DNA of 64,000 bases, counting the filler, from Phoronis australis (taxonomy: Eukaryota > Animalia > Phoronida), in assembly GCA_002633005.1 (NCBI GenBank). It is 9 parts of 9 records of this genome, joined end to end, with 100 filler letters (N's around TTAATTAATTAA, not from the genome) between each part and the next. Parts side by side here need not be neighbours in the genome. Positions count along the whole stretch, not along the records: positions 11,499 to 42,304 come from NMRA01001043.1; 8 more parts are not named here. One strand, 5' to 3'. Both the position numbers and the translations under genes were made by a program. Below the pieces are notes generated by a model that searched no databases, was not told where the DNA came from, and worked only from the letters and a program-made list of their open reading frames with translations. Of the stretch, positions 12,278 to 25,800 are shown one piece after another; the first letter of the stretch is position 1; the number at the start of each line of letters is the position of its first letter.

Positions 12278-13795
12278 GCCGCTGCTACGTCACTTGGAAG
12301 GCTAACATTGACTTGGGAATCGGTCACTCAGTGACCATTTGTTAACTACATGAGAACAAGCTTCAAAGTAGGCTCGTGAACTGTGTCCTCGGATACGAAA
12401 GGAGGCCTACGAGTCGAGTACTAATCTGAATGCTCAAATCTTTAACTTATTGTTTGTAACTATGGTAACTGAAGGATGCAAGTTTTGTGTGAAAGTTCGA
12501 CGCACAATGACTTTCACACAGACAGTTGCACACTGCCCTCTTGCCTTGGGAAGTGGCAACAACATCTCTCCTTTGACGTCATTTGGTGTGCGCATGGGCA
12601 GACACAGTCAAGTTTGTGTTCTGATTTAAGATTATTATAATGACAACAATCATTGTAGTTATTATTGCTATTATTATTGTTGTTAGTAATATTAGTAGTA
12701 CATTAATAAGTGCAGACTTTATTTGCTTAAATTAAATCAAACATGTAAAAAATAAAGATGTGGAAAATGCAAACAAGATGTTTAAAACACGACAAGAAAG
12801 ACGGCGGTGAATGCGGTGAAAGACATGATGCGAATTGAACCAGGAAAGAGCAAATATGTGGGCCATACGAACGGGCAGGGGGGAGGTGTCTGAAATCATC
12901 GTTGACACCACCTCTTCAGACCATACCGGGGAAAAAATATTCTGTTTCCTAAAGCTGTAATAAAAGTCGCTTAGATTAGACTGCAGTGTTATGTCTGAGG
13001 ACAAGAAAGTTATTAGCATAAGAAAGTCTAGTTCTAATCTAAAGCCGAACGAACTATACGCGTGATAAAGAGAGTGTGGAAACCATGGTGAAAACATTAC
13101 AAACACAGACGTCTGTACACAGAATATCAGTCAATAGGAACCATTCACCCCTCTTTAAAGTCCGTTCTGTCTACTGTCATGAATGGTCGCATAACATATT
13201 GTGAGGCGTTGTGTAATGGTGATTTCCCATTAACACCTCAATTTGCATTCAAGTCCAAGGTTTTGAAGAGTTTATCAACATTAAATTGTAACATTCCTAG
13301 CTGTAACTTATACAGCAGGCTGTGATCGCAAAAAGATTCATAATCATGCTTACAGCTTTTACAGTAATTTACCAATCTGTCTTGATGTAGTTTTCTGAGA
13401 AACCGATTGAAATGAACAAGAATTTTTTACATAATTGATGTAAACACAATCCTCATCCACAGTTTTGCGGAGCAGCTCTTCAACTCAAGGAGATAACAAA
13501 GTTTTAAACCACAAAAGCTCATCTCGTACACGCACTTCTAAATCTTTTCTGCAATTCTTGCTTTCACAAAATCTCTTCTCAATACAAACTGTTGGATTCG
13601 AAACTTTTGATTGTGAATACAATATTTTTATACCAACAGTAAGTTCGACTTGTCACATCTCCAAGGCGCAGTATTTTAGCTTTCCCTAAGGACTTGAATA
13701 TTTACGATATTTGTCTTCATTTCATTGTTTTACTCGGTTTTGTTCAGGTCAAGGACGAAAATAGACAGTGATAATGACCTGTAAATTTATTTCAG

Positions 13796-13895
13796 TTGCG
13801 AATCCGTCACCAAGAGAACATTGATGAAATTAGTGGCACACTGTATTCACTGCATGTGGACAGTGTTTCACAGAGCCTGACGGGAAAAGATATCG
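13796..13895 (+). CDS. LLTP-like gene exon (first recognised)
   Basis: ttcAG/GTgag; LRIRHQENIDEISGTLYSLHVDSVSQSLTGKDI, ends phase 1. Confidence 0.75.
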
Positions 13896-16800
13896 GTGAG
13901 ATTTCTACATCTCAAATGAGATGCTATTTCTTCTAAATTGTAAAATATCAAGGTTTTTACTCAATGTCTTAATTGATTTCTGATTTCATTCAAATTGAAT
14001 CATCACTGAATGATTTTCTCCGGTAAGTCAGTTTTGGGTTGGTTTGTGACATTTCTTGTTCGCACATGAAAAACTACTTGGCTTCTTAAATCTATTATAA
14101 TTGCTCTGTTACTAATATAACACAACATTTTGTAATGCACTTCTTTCTCTTAATATTTCATAGCTACTTATATTTCATGGCCTAGTAAAGCAAGACTTTT
14201 ATTCTCTTTTACAGTGGTTACAAATCCTGAGAAATGGGATTTGGAAAAAGCGTAAGTAACTTTTGCACTTTTAATTACTCTTGTAATTATAAGAAGTATT
14301 GAAAAATACACGTTACTTTCCATTTACCAATTTAGAAAATCGGATGAGTTTCTTTATCACTAAAATATAATCATATCGCTATTTTCAGCCGTGTTTGTTA
14401 GTCTTGTTTTACTGTTAGTTTTCAAAAGTTTTTAAAAGAAAACTGTCCTGGTCTCCTGGAGTACTCACAATGCAAGTATCAACTGTACCTCACTTCGGTG
14501 TCCACATTAGGAACTGGCGCACCAACAAAAATAAAAACTAATCTAAAAAATCTTATAATACAGTTAAGTTAGAAAATATAGATGCACGGTTTACCATCGT
14601 ATATACATTGATGGTGTAAAAAGCACTATAAATACAAATAGTCAAACATCTGTTGAGAGTTTTTGAAATATTGACAAATTTGCTGACACTGGCATTGTTC
14701 CAATACTCTTCCTGAATAAATTTAATTTTAAACCACCATTTCATGATGACTACACAATTAAGCGCAGAGTGACATTCGTCTAGGATAATTGGATAAATAG
14801 GTTCACACAGTCGGAGTAAGCTATATATAATGCCTGCCAATACAAGCGAGAACACTAAATTCTTTTGGGCTAGCTCAACTTTTTGACAGTGATAGCTGAA
14901 AAATCTATTTTTTACACATCGTCTTACCTTATATTTATCCTGGCGATTAAAATCACAAGGCAAATTTGATCACACTTCTGCGACTATCTAGTATATGTGA
15001 TAGTCACTGACCTTCTAGATAGTAGACAAACATATCAGGAGTAGAGATGTAAGTAGCAAAATCAGTGTATGAAATCACGCGTTCAATCTCCCGCTATATT
15101 TAATTAAGGTAGAAATGAAATTAGTGAGGTGCATTTGGATTTTCCAGATTCCTGTTCGAGCTGACACCTTATGGTTTGATCGAGTTCGTCCATGTTCATC
15201 CTGAAGAACACGATGAGGTCTCTATGCTCAAAAAGGCCATCACAAGTCTGTTCATTGCACACAAACCGGTAAGCTTATCGTCTAGAGGTAAATACGAAAA
15301 ATAAACCCACTGGCAAAACCGGGAACTCTCCGGTGAAAAAGTTAGAAAGAATCTCGTTTGTCTTCCTGTTTTGAAATAATGTCACATCTTCTTGCTTCAG
15401 ACCACAGGCGCTCGGATTTCTAGATCACTCCTAACCACATACATGTACATGTAGCAGTGAGTGACGTCATTTGCGATCGAGGAACAGATAAACCCAAGCG
15501 CCAGTGCTTCAGACATTGGATCGCTTGTTAAGTTGTTGGTTACAGTGATAATTTAAGCTTTTGGTACGTGCTACATAGTATTAGTAAGTACGAGGAAGTA
15601 CGCAGGCTTGTTTTTCGTTTCGTACGTCAGTTTTATGACTGACATTTGATCTCATTGTAGTTGGTCCACCAACGCTGTCCTAGCCGAGGACTCTCAGAAG
15701 CTCTGCCAGCGGCAGGGTCGATACTGAAACCGAGGGAAAGTTAAGAGACGCAGTTTCATTCATAAGACATTTGCATGGCCCCAGTACAATCTATTCCGTG
15801 TTAATAATTATTATGATTATATGGTTTTTTATTTTAGCCCAGGGACACCAACAAGTTTAAAAAGCGGGAAGTTGATCACACCGGTAGCGGTGAATACACA
15901 TATGAGGTAGACCAAACTAGAGATGGTGTCCGAATACGACGATCACTCAAGAACGAGTCAGATGTCATTAAGAACCATGACAAGGTTTGTTGGATGTTGC
16001 TTGCTGCACATCATGTATGGCAATTAACGCCTGATAATGGAAAAGTTACACTAAAATATCTCTCTTTGTTTTATTAGAAGTCAACGTTGCCTATATTCGC
16101 CATGTTGAACTAACAGTAGAAGTGGTGGTCAATCCGTATTTCAAACAACTGAATCTTTTTAAGGAGAATTACATGCCAAAAAACAACGTATTTTATATTA
16201 ACACAAATTCAAAACTTGTAAGTAAACATGACTATCCAAAATCTAAAATGTGAAATACAGTTGAAAACATTACTGATCATCACTGTAATAAAAACCAGGG
16301 CTCGACGCTATTAAAATCGCCAGGTCGCATTTTGCGACCTAGCCAAAATCCTAGGTTGCATTTTCAAAATCCAGCTCGCATTCAAAAATGCCAGGTCGCA
16401 AAATTTGCCTGCCATTTTTTACGGGCCAAAATAGATTTTTTAGATCATCGAGAAAATGTTTAGATTATGCTCTTACCTGCAGCGTCAAATACTCACAAAT
16501 TTCGGATCTCAGAATTGACTTCATTCATGCATGTACGGCCTTACTGTTCTTCACGACCGCCATTGAAAGACTCTAGAGCGCAAGGCAAGTTGCCGACGTG
16601 AAAGTTGAATCAGTGCTCTCTAACTGACTTGTGCATTCGAGTAGCTAAATTTGCGATGTGAAAAGGGAGAAAATGCCCGTTGAAAAAGTATCCGGGATTT
16701 TGTTAGATCTGGCCTGCTACTGGCTGTCATCAAAGTCGTTAACGACTCAAACTAACTCGGGTAATGGCGAGTTTGCTCCTCAATACCTTCCAAGTACGGG

Positions 16801-19800
16801 AAAAATAGGTCAGTCACAAAACGATACGCATGTCACTAGTGTTAACTTTTTTTCGAGGTATAAAACAAAGCCGGGATTTGGTTTTTACATATTGTGAAAA
16901 GACGTTTTTGAAAACTGAAGTGTAAAATAAAAGTGACNNNNNNNNNNNNNNNNNNNNNNNNNNNNNNNNNNNNNNNNNNNNNNNNNNNNNNNNNNNNNNN
17001 NNNNNNNNNNNNNNNNNNNNNNNNNNNNNNNNNNNNNNNNNNNNNNNNNNNNNNNNNNNNNNNNNNNNNNNNNNNNNNNNNNNNNNNNNNNNNNNNNNNN
17101 NNNNNNNNNNNNNNNNNNNNNNNNNNNNNNNNNNNNNNNGGTGGTTCGGGGAGCAAAAAGTTGCCGGGGGGTGTATAAAGAGAAGAATGAAAAGTTCGCT
17201 AACTTGAACCACAATTTCGCATCTAGTGCCACTTTAGTTGCAATAGCTGGCTACAGGCATAGAATACAGGGTTTACAGAACATCGACCTCGGGAAACATC
17301 GCAACAGGAAAACGTCAGTTCTGGGTTATATCGATCCCGGGACATCGGGTCTTTTATAACCGCTGGGAATCTGAGTTCAGTTTCAAATAAACCAGAGCCA
17401 CGCCGGTATACTCTTTCATTTAGGACTGTCGCTGTTCTTTGAAGTGGTGCGCATGCGTGAGTTCACGCACTTGAAACGCTGGAGTAGGCCTACACTTTAC
17501 GTTCGGGCAACAATGTGTGAAAGACAAATCATATTTCGCGCACGTAGCCTCAGAAACAAGTAAAGGGTTTGAGAATTTCTTGGCCACTTAAAGTAAAGAC
17601 GTGACCATCGTTTGGCGATTAATAAGGTTGTCATTTTCACTTTGACTGTCTTAATACGATAAAAAGGAGAAGCACATCTCGGTCTAAGTCACGATTGTCT
17701 GCCGGGACCGCTTGCGCGCTAATGGTGCCGCAGTGCGATATCAGGGATATTGTGGATATTTGGTACATGTAATAAGGACATCTTATGTGAAAAATAAAAT
17801 TTTTGTCCACCACAAAGTTTGGTAAGTTGATCGCTTAAGAATTAGTAGAAACACCGTTGTTTTGTGAAGTTTTATCACGTGTTAAGCAGTGGCACGAAAC
17901 TTTCGTCGGCGAATCCCGGAATTTACAAAAGTGGCCGAAAGTGTTAGCCAATGAAATGCGTCAAAGATCGATTCTGCATATCCCATGTTCAAATAACGGT
18001 CGGATTAACAAGAGCTGCTTTGTATTTGCCAGGTATTTGTTGAGAAGTGTAAAAACTCAGCTTGCATTCGTTGGAAATTCCAGGTCGCATTTTGCGACTT
18101 GATACGAGCTGACAAAAATCTCAGCTCGCATTTCCAAATTTCAGGTCGCAAATGCAACCTGCAGATCGTTATGTCGAGCCCTGAAAACGCATTTCAACTA
18201 TTTGCTTTCGAAAATAGGACTTGAATGTTATAAGAAATTCAAGTATAGATCCTGAAACTAGAAAGACTGGCTTTCAGACAAGAAAATTAATGTTAATCTA
18301 GTCCCTGTTATAATTTTTGTCCCTTTGTTGAACTTTTCACGAAATTGCCCTGATATGTGACCAATAGCAAACACTCACTGAACCTAATGTTGCTTGTGTC
18401 TGAACACTCACTGAACCTTGTTGCTTATGTCTGAACACTCACTGAACCTAATGTTGCTTGTGTCTGAACACTCACTGAACCTTGTTGCTTTTGTCTGAGC
18501 ACTCGTGGTGGTGGAGTGGGGCCTGTTATGAGTTGTAACAATCTTCTGATACACGATTATTTAGCCTGTTAGAATGCATAAAAGTTTTTTTGAAGTGTAA
18601 ATTTTCAGCTACCTCCGGAAATTCATACCAAAAACTCAGTCATGGGAACAATGTGGTGAATTTTTAAATGCCATCACGGCTTTTTATCAGTTGAATAGGA
18701 CAAATATTTCAACTGTTTGTCCTGGGGATTTGAGTTGGTCGACCTGTTTTCTATAGGTGTATAGGTGTTGTGTGACTCGAGCTGTCAATCAAAGTCAGTG
18801 TTGTGGTGAAAACAAGATTTGATTTGGTGTTTTTAGTAAAGAGCACATAATACTGTTGAGGATAACTTTGTTGTGACATAGACTAGGAGTAACTTTCTGT
18901 GAATAAGATTTTTTTTAATTCATATTAGTGGATACTCTTTATTAATGGCTATTATTTTTTAAATTAATAGCCAAGTCGGGAACAGCACGTTACTCTAACT
19001 ATGAACTGCCTAAGTCTCAGTTCAACTGCTGATAGGGCCATCCCGAATTAAACAGCGATACTTGAATCTTACTGTATTTACCCACAATGCCCTAAACATC
19101 TGTCAGACACATTTGCAGTCTTGTTTTCATGCCACTGGAGTTTCACATGTTACTTGTTGTTGTGTGATTCTTTGCAAGTTCTTCTCGGTTGCATTACTCT
19201 ATTCGTCCTTCCAATGCTGACGAAGTACAACTTTAGTTTGGGCTGCAACTGCCACATGAGAGAACATTTGATAAACTGGGCAAATACCCGTGGATGCGTG
19301 ATGTAAAATTCTTTGCCTTCCTGACATCAATGAGAGACACAAAAATGTGCCTGATTTCCAAAATGAGATCACGCGCCTTCTTATCTCCGGGACATAGGAA
19401 AATTCTATCGCCATATAATCCGGGACGACCCTGTTGCTGTTTAATTCACATGGAACTGAATCTGAAGATATTAAAAACCAAACTTGTCAATTTTAGCAAA
19501 TTTGCCTTTTCTTCTTTAAAGCAATATTTCACTTTTTACTCGTTTGACTCGGCTCAGTAGTGTGTTAGCGATTTAACTTTTCGAAATTGAGGTCATGTCA
19601 CAGGCTTTCTACCGCTAGTCTTCAAAAATGTAAAATTTAATTCAAGACGTTTATGTTCCAATTCTTGGCTGTCTTGAATTTGGGTTACCGGAGATTTAAT
19701 TCCTATCATATAAGCAGAATATGACTAGTGAAATGTCACCAATTTTGGACAAAAGCAATTACCCAAATTTTGCTCATTTTTCAAAAGCTTCTCATACTGT

Positions 19801-22800
19801 ACATTTCTCACACTGTACATTTCTCACACTGTACATTTCTCACACTGTACATTTCTCACACTGTACATTTCTCACACTGTACATTTCTCACACTGTACAT
19901 TTCTCACACTGNGCTTGCATTCGTTGGAAATTCCAGGTCGCATTTTGCGACTTGATACGAGCTGACAAAAATCTCAGCTCGCATTTCCAAATTTCAGGTC
20001 GCAAATGCAACCTGCAGATCGTTATGTCGAGCCCTGAAAACGCATTTCAACTATTTGCTTTCGAAAATAGGACTTGAATGTTATAAGAAATTCAAGTATA
20101 GACCCTGAAACTAGAAAGACATATAAACAGGCTTTCAGATGAGACAAGAAAATTAATGTTAATCTAGTCACTATTTTAATTTTTGTCCCTAGGTTGACCT
20201 TTTCACGAAATTGCCCTGATATGTGACCAATAGCAAACACTCACTGAACCTTGTTGCTTGTGTCTGAAAACTCACTGAACCTAATGTTGCTCGTGTCTGA
20301 ACACTTACTGAACCTTGTTGCTTATGTCTGAACACTCACTGAACCTAATGTTGCTTGTGTCTGAACACTCACTGAACCTTGTTGCTTTTGTCTGAACACT
20401 CATGGTGGTGGAGTGGGGCCTGTTATGAGTTGTAACAATCTTCAGATACGCGATTATTCAGCCTGTTAAAATGCATGAAAGTTTTTTTAAAGTGTAAATT
20501 TTCAGCTACCTCCGGAAATTCATACCAAAAACTCAGTCATGGGAACAATGTGGAGAATTTTTAAATGCCAGCACGGCTTTTTATCAGTTGAATAGGACAA
20601 ATATTTCAACTGTTTGTCCTGGGGATTTGAGTTGGTCGACCTGTTTTCTATATGTGTATAGGTGTTGTGTGACTCAAGCTGTCAATCAAAGTCAGTGTTG
20701 TGGTGAAAACAAGATTTGATTGGTGTTTTTAGTAAAGAGCACTTAATACTGTTGAGGATAACTTTGTTGTAACGTAGAATAGGAGTAACTTTCTGTGAAT
20801 AAGATTTTTTTTAATTCATATTTGTGGATGCTCTTTATTAATGGCTATTATTTTTGAAATTAATAGCCAAGTCGGGAACAGCACGTTACTCTGACTATGA
20901 ACTGACTAAGTCTCAGTTCAGCTGCTAATAGGGCCATCCCGAATTAAACAGCAATACTTGAATCTTGCTGTATTTACCCACAATGCCCTAAACATCTGTC
21001 AGACACATTTGCAGTCTTGTTTTCATGCACTGGAGTTTCACATGTTACTTGTTGTTGTGTGATTCTTTGCAAGTTCTTCTCGGTTGCATTACTCTATTCG
21101 TCCTTCCAATGCTGACGAAGTACAACTTTAGTTTGGGCTGCAACTGCCACATGAGAGAACGTTTGATAAACTGGGCAAATACTCGTGGATGTGTGATGTG
21201 AAATTCTTTGCCTTCCCGACATTGATGAGAGACACAAAAATGTGCCTGATTTCCAAAGTGAGATCACGTGCCTTCTTATCTCCGGGACATAGGAGAATTC
21301 TATCGCCATATAATCCGGGACGACCCTGTTGCTGTTTAATTCACATGGAACTGAATCTGAAGATATTAAAAACCAAACGTGTCAATTTTAGTAAATTTGC
21401 CATTTCTTCTTTAAAGCAATATTTCACTTTTTACTCATTTGACTCGGCTCAGTAGTATGTTAGCGATTTAACTTTTCGAAATTGAGGTCATGTCACAGGC
21501 TTTCTACCGCTAGTCTTCAAAATTGTAAAATTTAATTCAAGACGTTTGTGTTCCAATTCTAGGCTGCCTTGAATTTGTGTTACCGGAGATTTAATTCCTA
21601 TCATATAAGCAGAACATGACTAGTGAAATGTCACCAATTTTGGACAAAAGCAGTTACCCAAATTTTGCTCATTTTTCAAAAGCTTCTCATACTGTACATT
21701 TCTCATACTGTACATTTCTCACACTGTACATTTCTCCCACTGTACATTTCTCACACTGTACATTTCTCACACTGTGCATTTCTCACACTGTGCATTTCTC
21801 ACACTGTGCATTTCTCACACTGTGCATTTCTCACACTGTGCATTTCTCACACTGTGCATTTCCCACACTGTGCATTTCCCACACTGTACATTTCTCACAC
21901 TGTACATTTCTCATACTGTACTTTTCTCCTCAATTTTCCAAAATTTTGTTCGACGGTAGCTGTGGTACAAAATCTTGAACATGGAAAACATTTTGATTTG
22001 GTGCTTCATATGTTGTATGAAAATTGATAAAAATAAAATGTCACCGTCTTGTGTGACAAATTTGTGACGTTGTCGTACTTAAAACCCTCAAATGGCACTG
22101 GACTCCATTCTTTGTATCACTAGACACTTCACGTCAACCATGAGGGAACCATACACAGAGTGGAGTCTGTGGACAAGATCATTCTCAAGAACAGAATCTC
22201 TGAGGCTCAGATCTACCAACATAACACAGAGTACGAGGGTCTGGCGACAATACCGGAGGAAAGCAGTGGTGGTGAGTGTAAAGAATGTTCAAGTAACATG
22301 GCAAATTGGCCTCTAACGGTGTGGTCTGAATGGCATGGACTTATAAATGACATCAGCAAAAATGGCACTTGAGGGTGTTGCCCGCAATCTTTATTAATTT
22401 TGTATATATGCAGACCCTAGTATGCTAGTTCTTGGATATATCTGTCTCTGAAACATTCTTAGAGTAATTGAATCAAAGATTTTGACTATACAGAAAGGTG
22501 GAATTGAGTGTCCCTTACTAGACAACTGTTTACCTCGAGTATGTATAACCAAGTTTATTTACCTGTCGCCCTTTCTCATTAACACAGCAAACTATTGCAT
22601 CTGTTTTCAGCTTTCCCCACTTTATACACGATGTCGCACACTCATCTCCATTTGACCAATCAGCTGTCTCATGGTGAACCATTCAAGATGGCCAGACACA
22701 TGCTGGTCAAGCAGTCGATTGAAGTTGAACAGGTGAGCTCCCTCAATCAGGGCTTGGAATTTTCATCGGAAACGCGGATTTCCGCTTTTTTCTCTTATTC

Positions 22801-25800
22801 GATCCGCGTATTTGTGTTATATTTCCGCGGTAAAAAATCGTATTTGCCATAAAATTATCGCGGTAAATTGGTTTCTCACCACGGCATTGCTGACTACTTG
22901 AAAAGCAGAAACTGCTCTTTATGCTTCGGAGGAATGAAACCTGGGATCACAGGCACTCGAATTTCCCAATCACTCATAACCATACATACGAAACATGCTT
23001 TCTTAGTAGTGAGTGACGTCAGTGGCGATCGAGGAATAGATAAAGTCAAGTGCCTGTGCCTGGGATAGCGTCTGCATGTGATACAAAATCGCTGTGACAA
23101 ATTGTGCGATTCTGCGGTTAAAAATGCGTGGAGTAGACAGAATATTTCGTAGAAAAAGTGGATAAAATAAAGGCCAATGTCAGAAGTGATCACGTGTCAG
23201 ATTCTGAATGATCTGATTGGTCTAAGCCATTGTTTACAAATTCTGCCAGCCAATTTTCAGTGTCCTTGTAGTTATATCTTATGTCACATAGTTTCTTCTA
23301 CTTATGAGCAATTGACTTCTGTAATTACTGTTTGAAACTGAAACGTTTGGCCAACTTAAGATTGTGATTGATGTATTCTATAGTTTAAAGTATGTTGTTT
23401 TTGACTATTTTTCCATGCTAAGAGTTGGGGTATGAGCAACAGGTCTTCGTCTTTACCTTTTCCATTTGCGTTGGAATTATTGGTTTTTGGAATTAAATGT
23501 GTATGTTTTTCAGGCTTTCCAGATAATCTATGGATCAATTTTCAAATTCCTTTTGTAATTTTGTATCGTAATTATAAGAATTGAAAATAATTTTTTAAGT
23601 CTCCTTGCAACAAATCAAGAATAAGCTCCTGCCACTCACAAAATGACTTCAAATTTTTCATCATTATCTTTATTATTTTAATTTTAAAAAATATCTTTTG
23701 TTGCATCTAATTGCTGTCATTGTTGTTGCTGAAATAGATGTCAGGTACTGCTTAAGATGAGTGCGTTTTGCCAACACGACACAGTTACAGGGCATCTTGT
23801 GATAATAATGTTTACGTTCGATCTGTTGAGATACGGTTTGGATTGAAATGTGTATTTAGGGCCGTAAAAATTTCCTCTTTTTTGTCATGGGTCATTTCAA
23901 GCCCTGCTCAATAAAGGTAGTATTTTGGGATGGGGAGGCAGTGTTTCACTGTGAGTATTAACGTTGTCATTGCATGTTTGGTTCACAGTTCAATACAATT
24001 CAGTTCCTGCCGGATCAGTCTTCTCTTGGTATAGTTTGATATAAAGTGGCCTCACTCATGATACGGTAACAATGAATGTCTGCATAGGTTGTGCATGGTG
24101 TATGCACGCTTCAATGCAATTAGTTCACTTGCTGCCCGGCCAGGCTTTGCGTGGACTTAAAGTACTGTTCAATTGAGAATGAAGTACAGTATAAAACGTT
24201 TAAGTGATTAAAAACTGTTAGTCACATACTCAGTAGTTTGATGTGTTCTTGAATTTCAGTGATCACATAACCGATGTACATTGCTGCCTGTGGCTATAAA
24301 GCTAATCCTCCTCACATTTGACTTGTTCAAGTCTAACTGTCCTGGTTTTGATGTGACCCATTTATCTCAACACCTGCTGCCTGTGTCTCTTAAAGTTCAA
24401 TCTTTAATTTCTAATAGGCATCATACAGCTATTGCACTGTGAAAACTGTGGAAGCCTTTGAAGGAATCAACTAATTTTCTTTCACAATGTTGTGTACTGG
24501 TTTAGAGTACAAATACCTTAGTTAAGCTTCTCATAATTTGTGCGTTTTTTTCTGATGTGGCAGTGCTGCACCTGATTTGTGTAATTATTATTTCTAAGGT
24601 CCCTTGGAAAATGGCCAAATTTGGCAAACTTTGGAACATCGTATCTCAGAAATGGCTGATTGGAATTTTTCAGACACTATGATATATGCACTGCTTACTA
24701 AAGTGCTTCCAGGAATTGTTTTTAAAAATTTCCTCTTTTTGGTGATCAGTTATCAAAATACCGTGATTTTCCGTAGATGAGTTCACCCAATGAAACGCAT
24801 TTATTCAGGAAATTATGCCCAATAACGCCCACGGGTGTTTATTTGATGTTACAATTTCTGGTGTCAAGTGTCCAGATAGTGGAGCGTTTATTTGAAAAGT
24901 TTCCTTCTAAAAGCCCGGGCCTCACTATCAACTTTTTGGCACAGTTTGTGGAACATTCATCATTTGTAAAAATGAACTTAAAATTCAAAAGCACAGTTCT
25001 CAGTATAAATTGACAAAGTCAGCAAAGCTAAGACTTTCCGTTTACACATTTCCCTTTTACGAATAAATACCTTGGCATTTATTTGGTGTCAGTCACATTT
25101 ACTAAAACGCCTTAAAATTTTCATTTTCTGAATACAGTCTGATGGGTTTATCCTAGGAAAATCCCGGTAGTACTTTTATGATTTTTGTGAAGAAACTCAA
25201 GCATCGTATAAAATGAAAACAAAAAGATGATTTAGAAAACTGTAACAGTGTGCTTTTGAGATTTCATCTTGGACATTAAAGTTTACCAAATGTCATGTTC
25301 TTGATGTAATCAATGTGTTCATATAGCTATTTAGATACAACACTGTTATGTAATGCTTAGAGTCTACAGTAAACAACAATGGAGTGTAGTTGATTTAGTG
25401 GCAAGCCAGACCCCTGTTGACTGTGAACTGAGCTCTGTGTTGGATGTCCTGCAGGGGTAACTTTAATTGTGCACCCTGTATTATGAGATATTCACTGAAA
25501 GATGGTGCTTAAAATTGATTCAGAAAACAGGAAGATAAATTAACTTGACCCATAGGTTCGATAATTGAGCCATAGATTTGAGGCATTGGGGTTTGTCTGA
25601 CCCGTAGTAATAATCTTTCTTCACATCAATCCTGTATGTTTCTTGCAGCCCAAAGCCAAAGTCATAACAGACTCTGATGCTGCAATGTTGGACATTGAGA
25701 AAGAGATGAACTGCAGCCGTGTTACACCGGTGAAAAGTATGAGATTTTTCAGTTTCACTCAGTGCTGGTCCTCTCACTGCACATTCCCTATATGTGATGA

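Larger units (their letters stand above)
18060..21775. repeat. Apparent ~1.85-kb direct duplication (18060-19911 vs 19913-~21775) split by a single N; probable haplotype artefact
   Basis: Two colinear copies differing by scattered SNPs and small indels, abutting exactly at the lone N (19912). Confidence 0.8.

Noticed and set aside
13463-13638. Possible upstream exon of the LLTP-like gene (cacAG…GTaagt, open frame ending phase 0)
   Set aside because: Phase fits, but the peptide shows no LLT-like or signal-peptide features; the start codon exon could not be identified.
23989-24028. Alternative 40-nt phase 0-to-1 exon candidate (FNTIQFLPDQSSL)
   Set aside because: Weak donor; exon 25649-25736 supplies the same phase change with better splice signals, and including both would break the frame.
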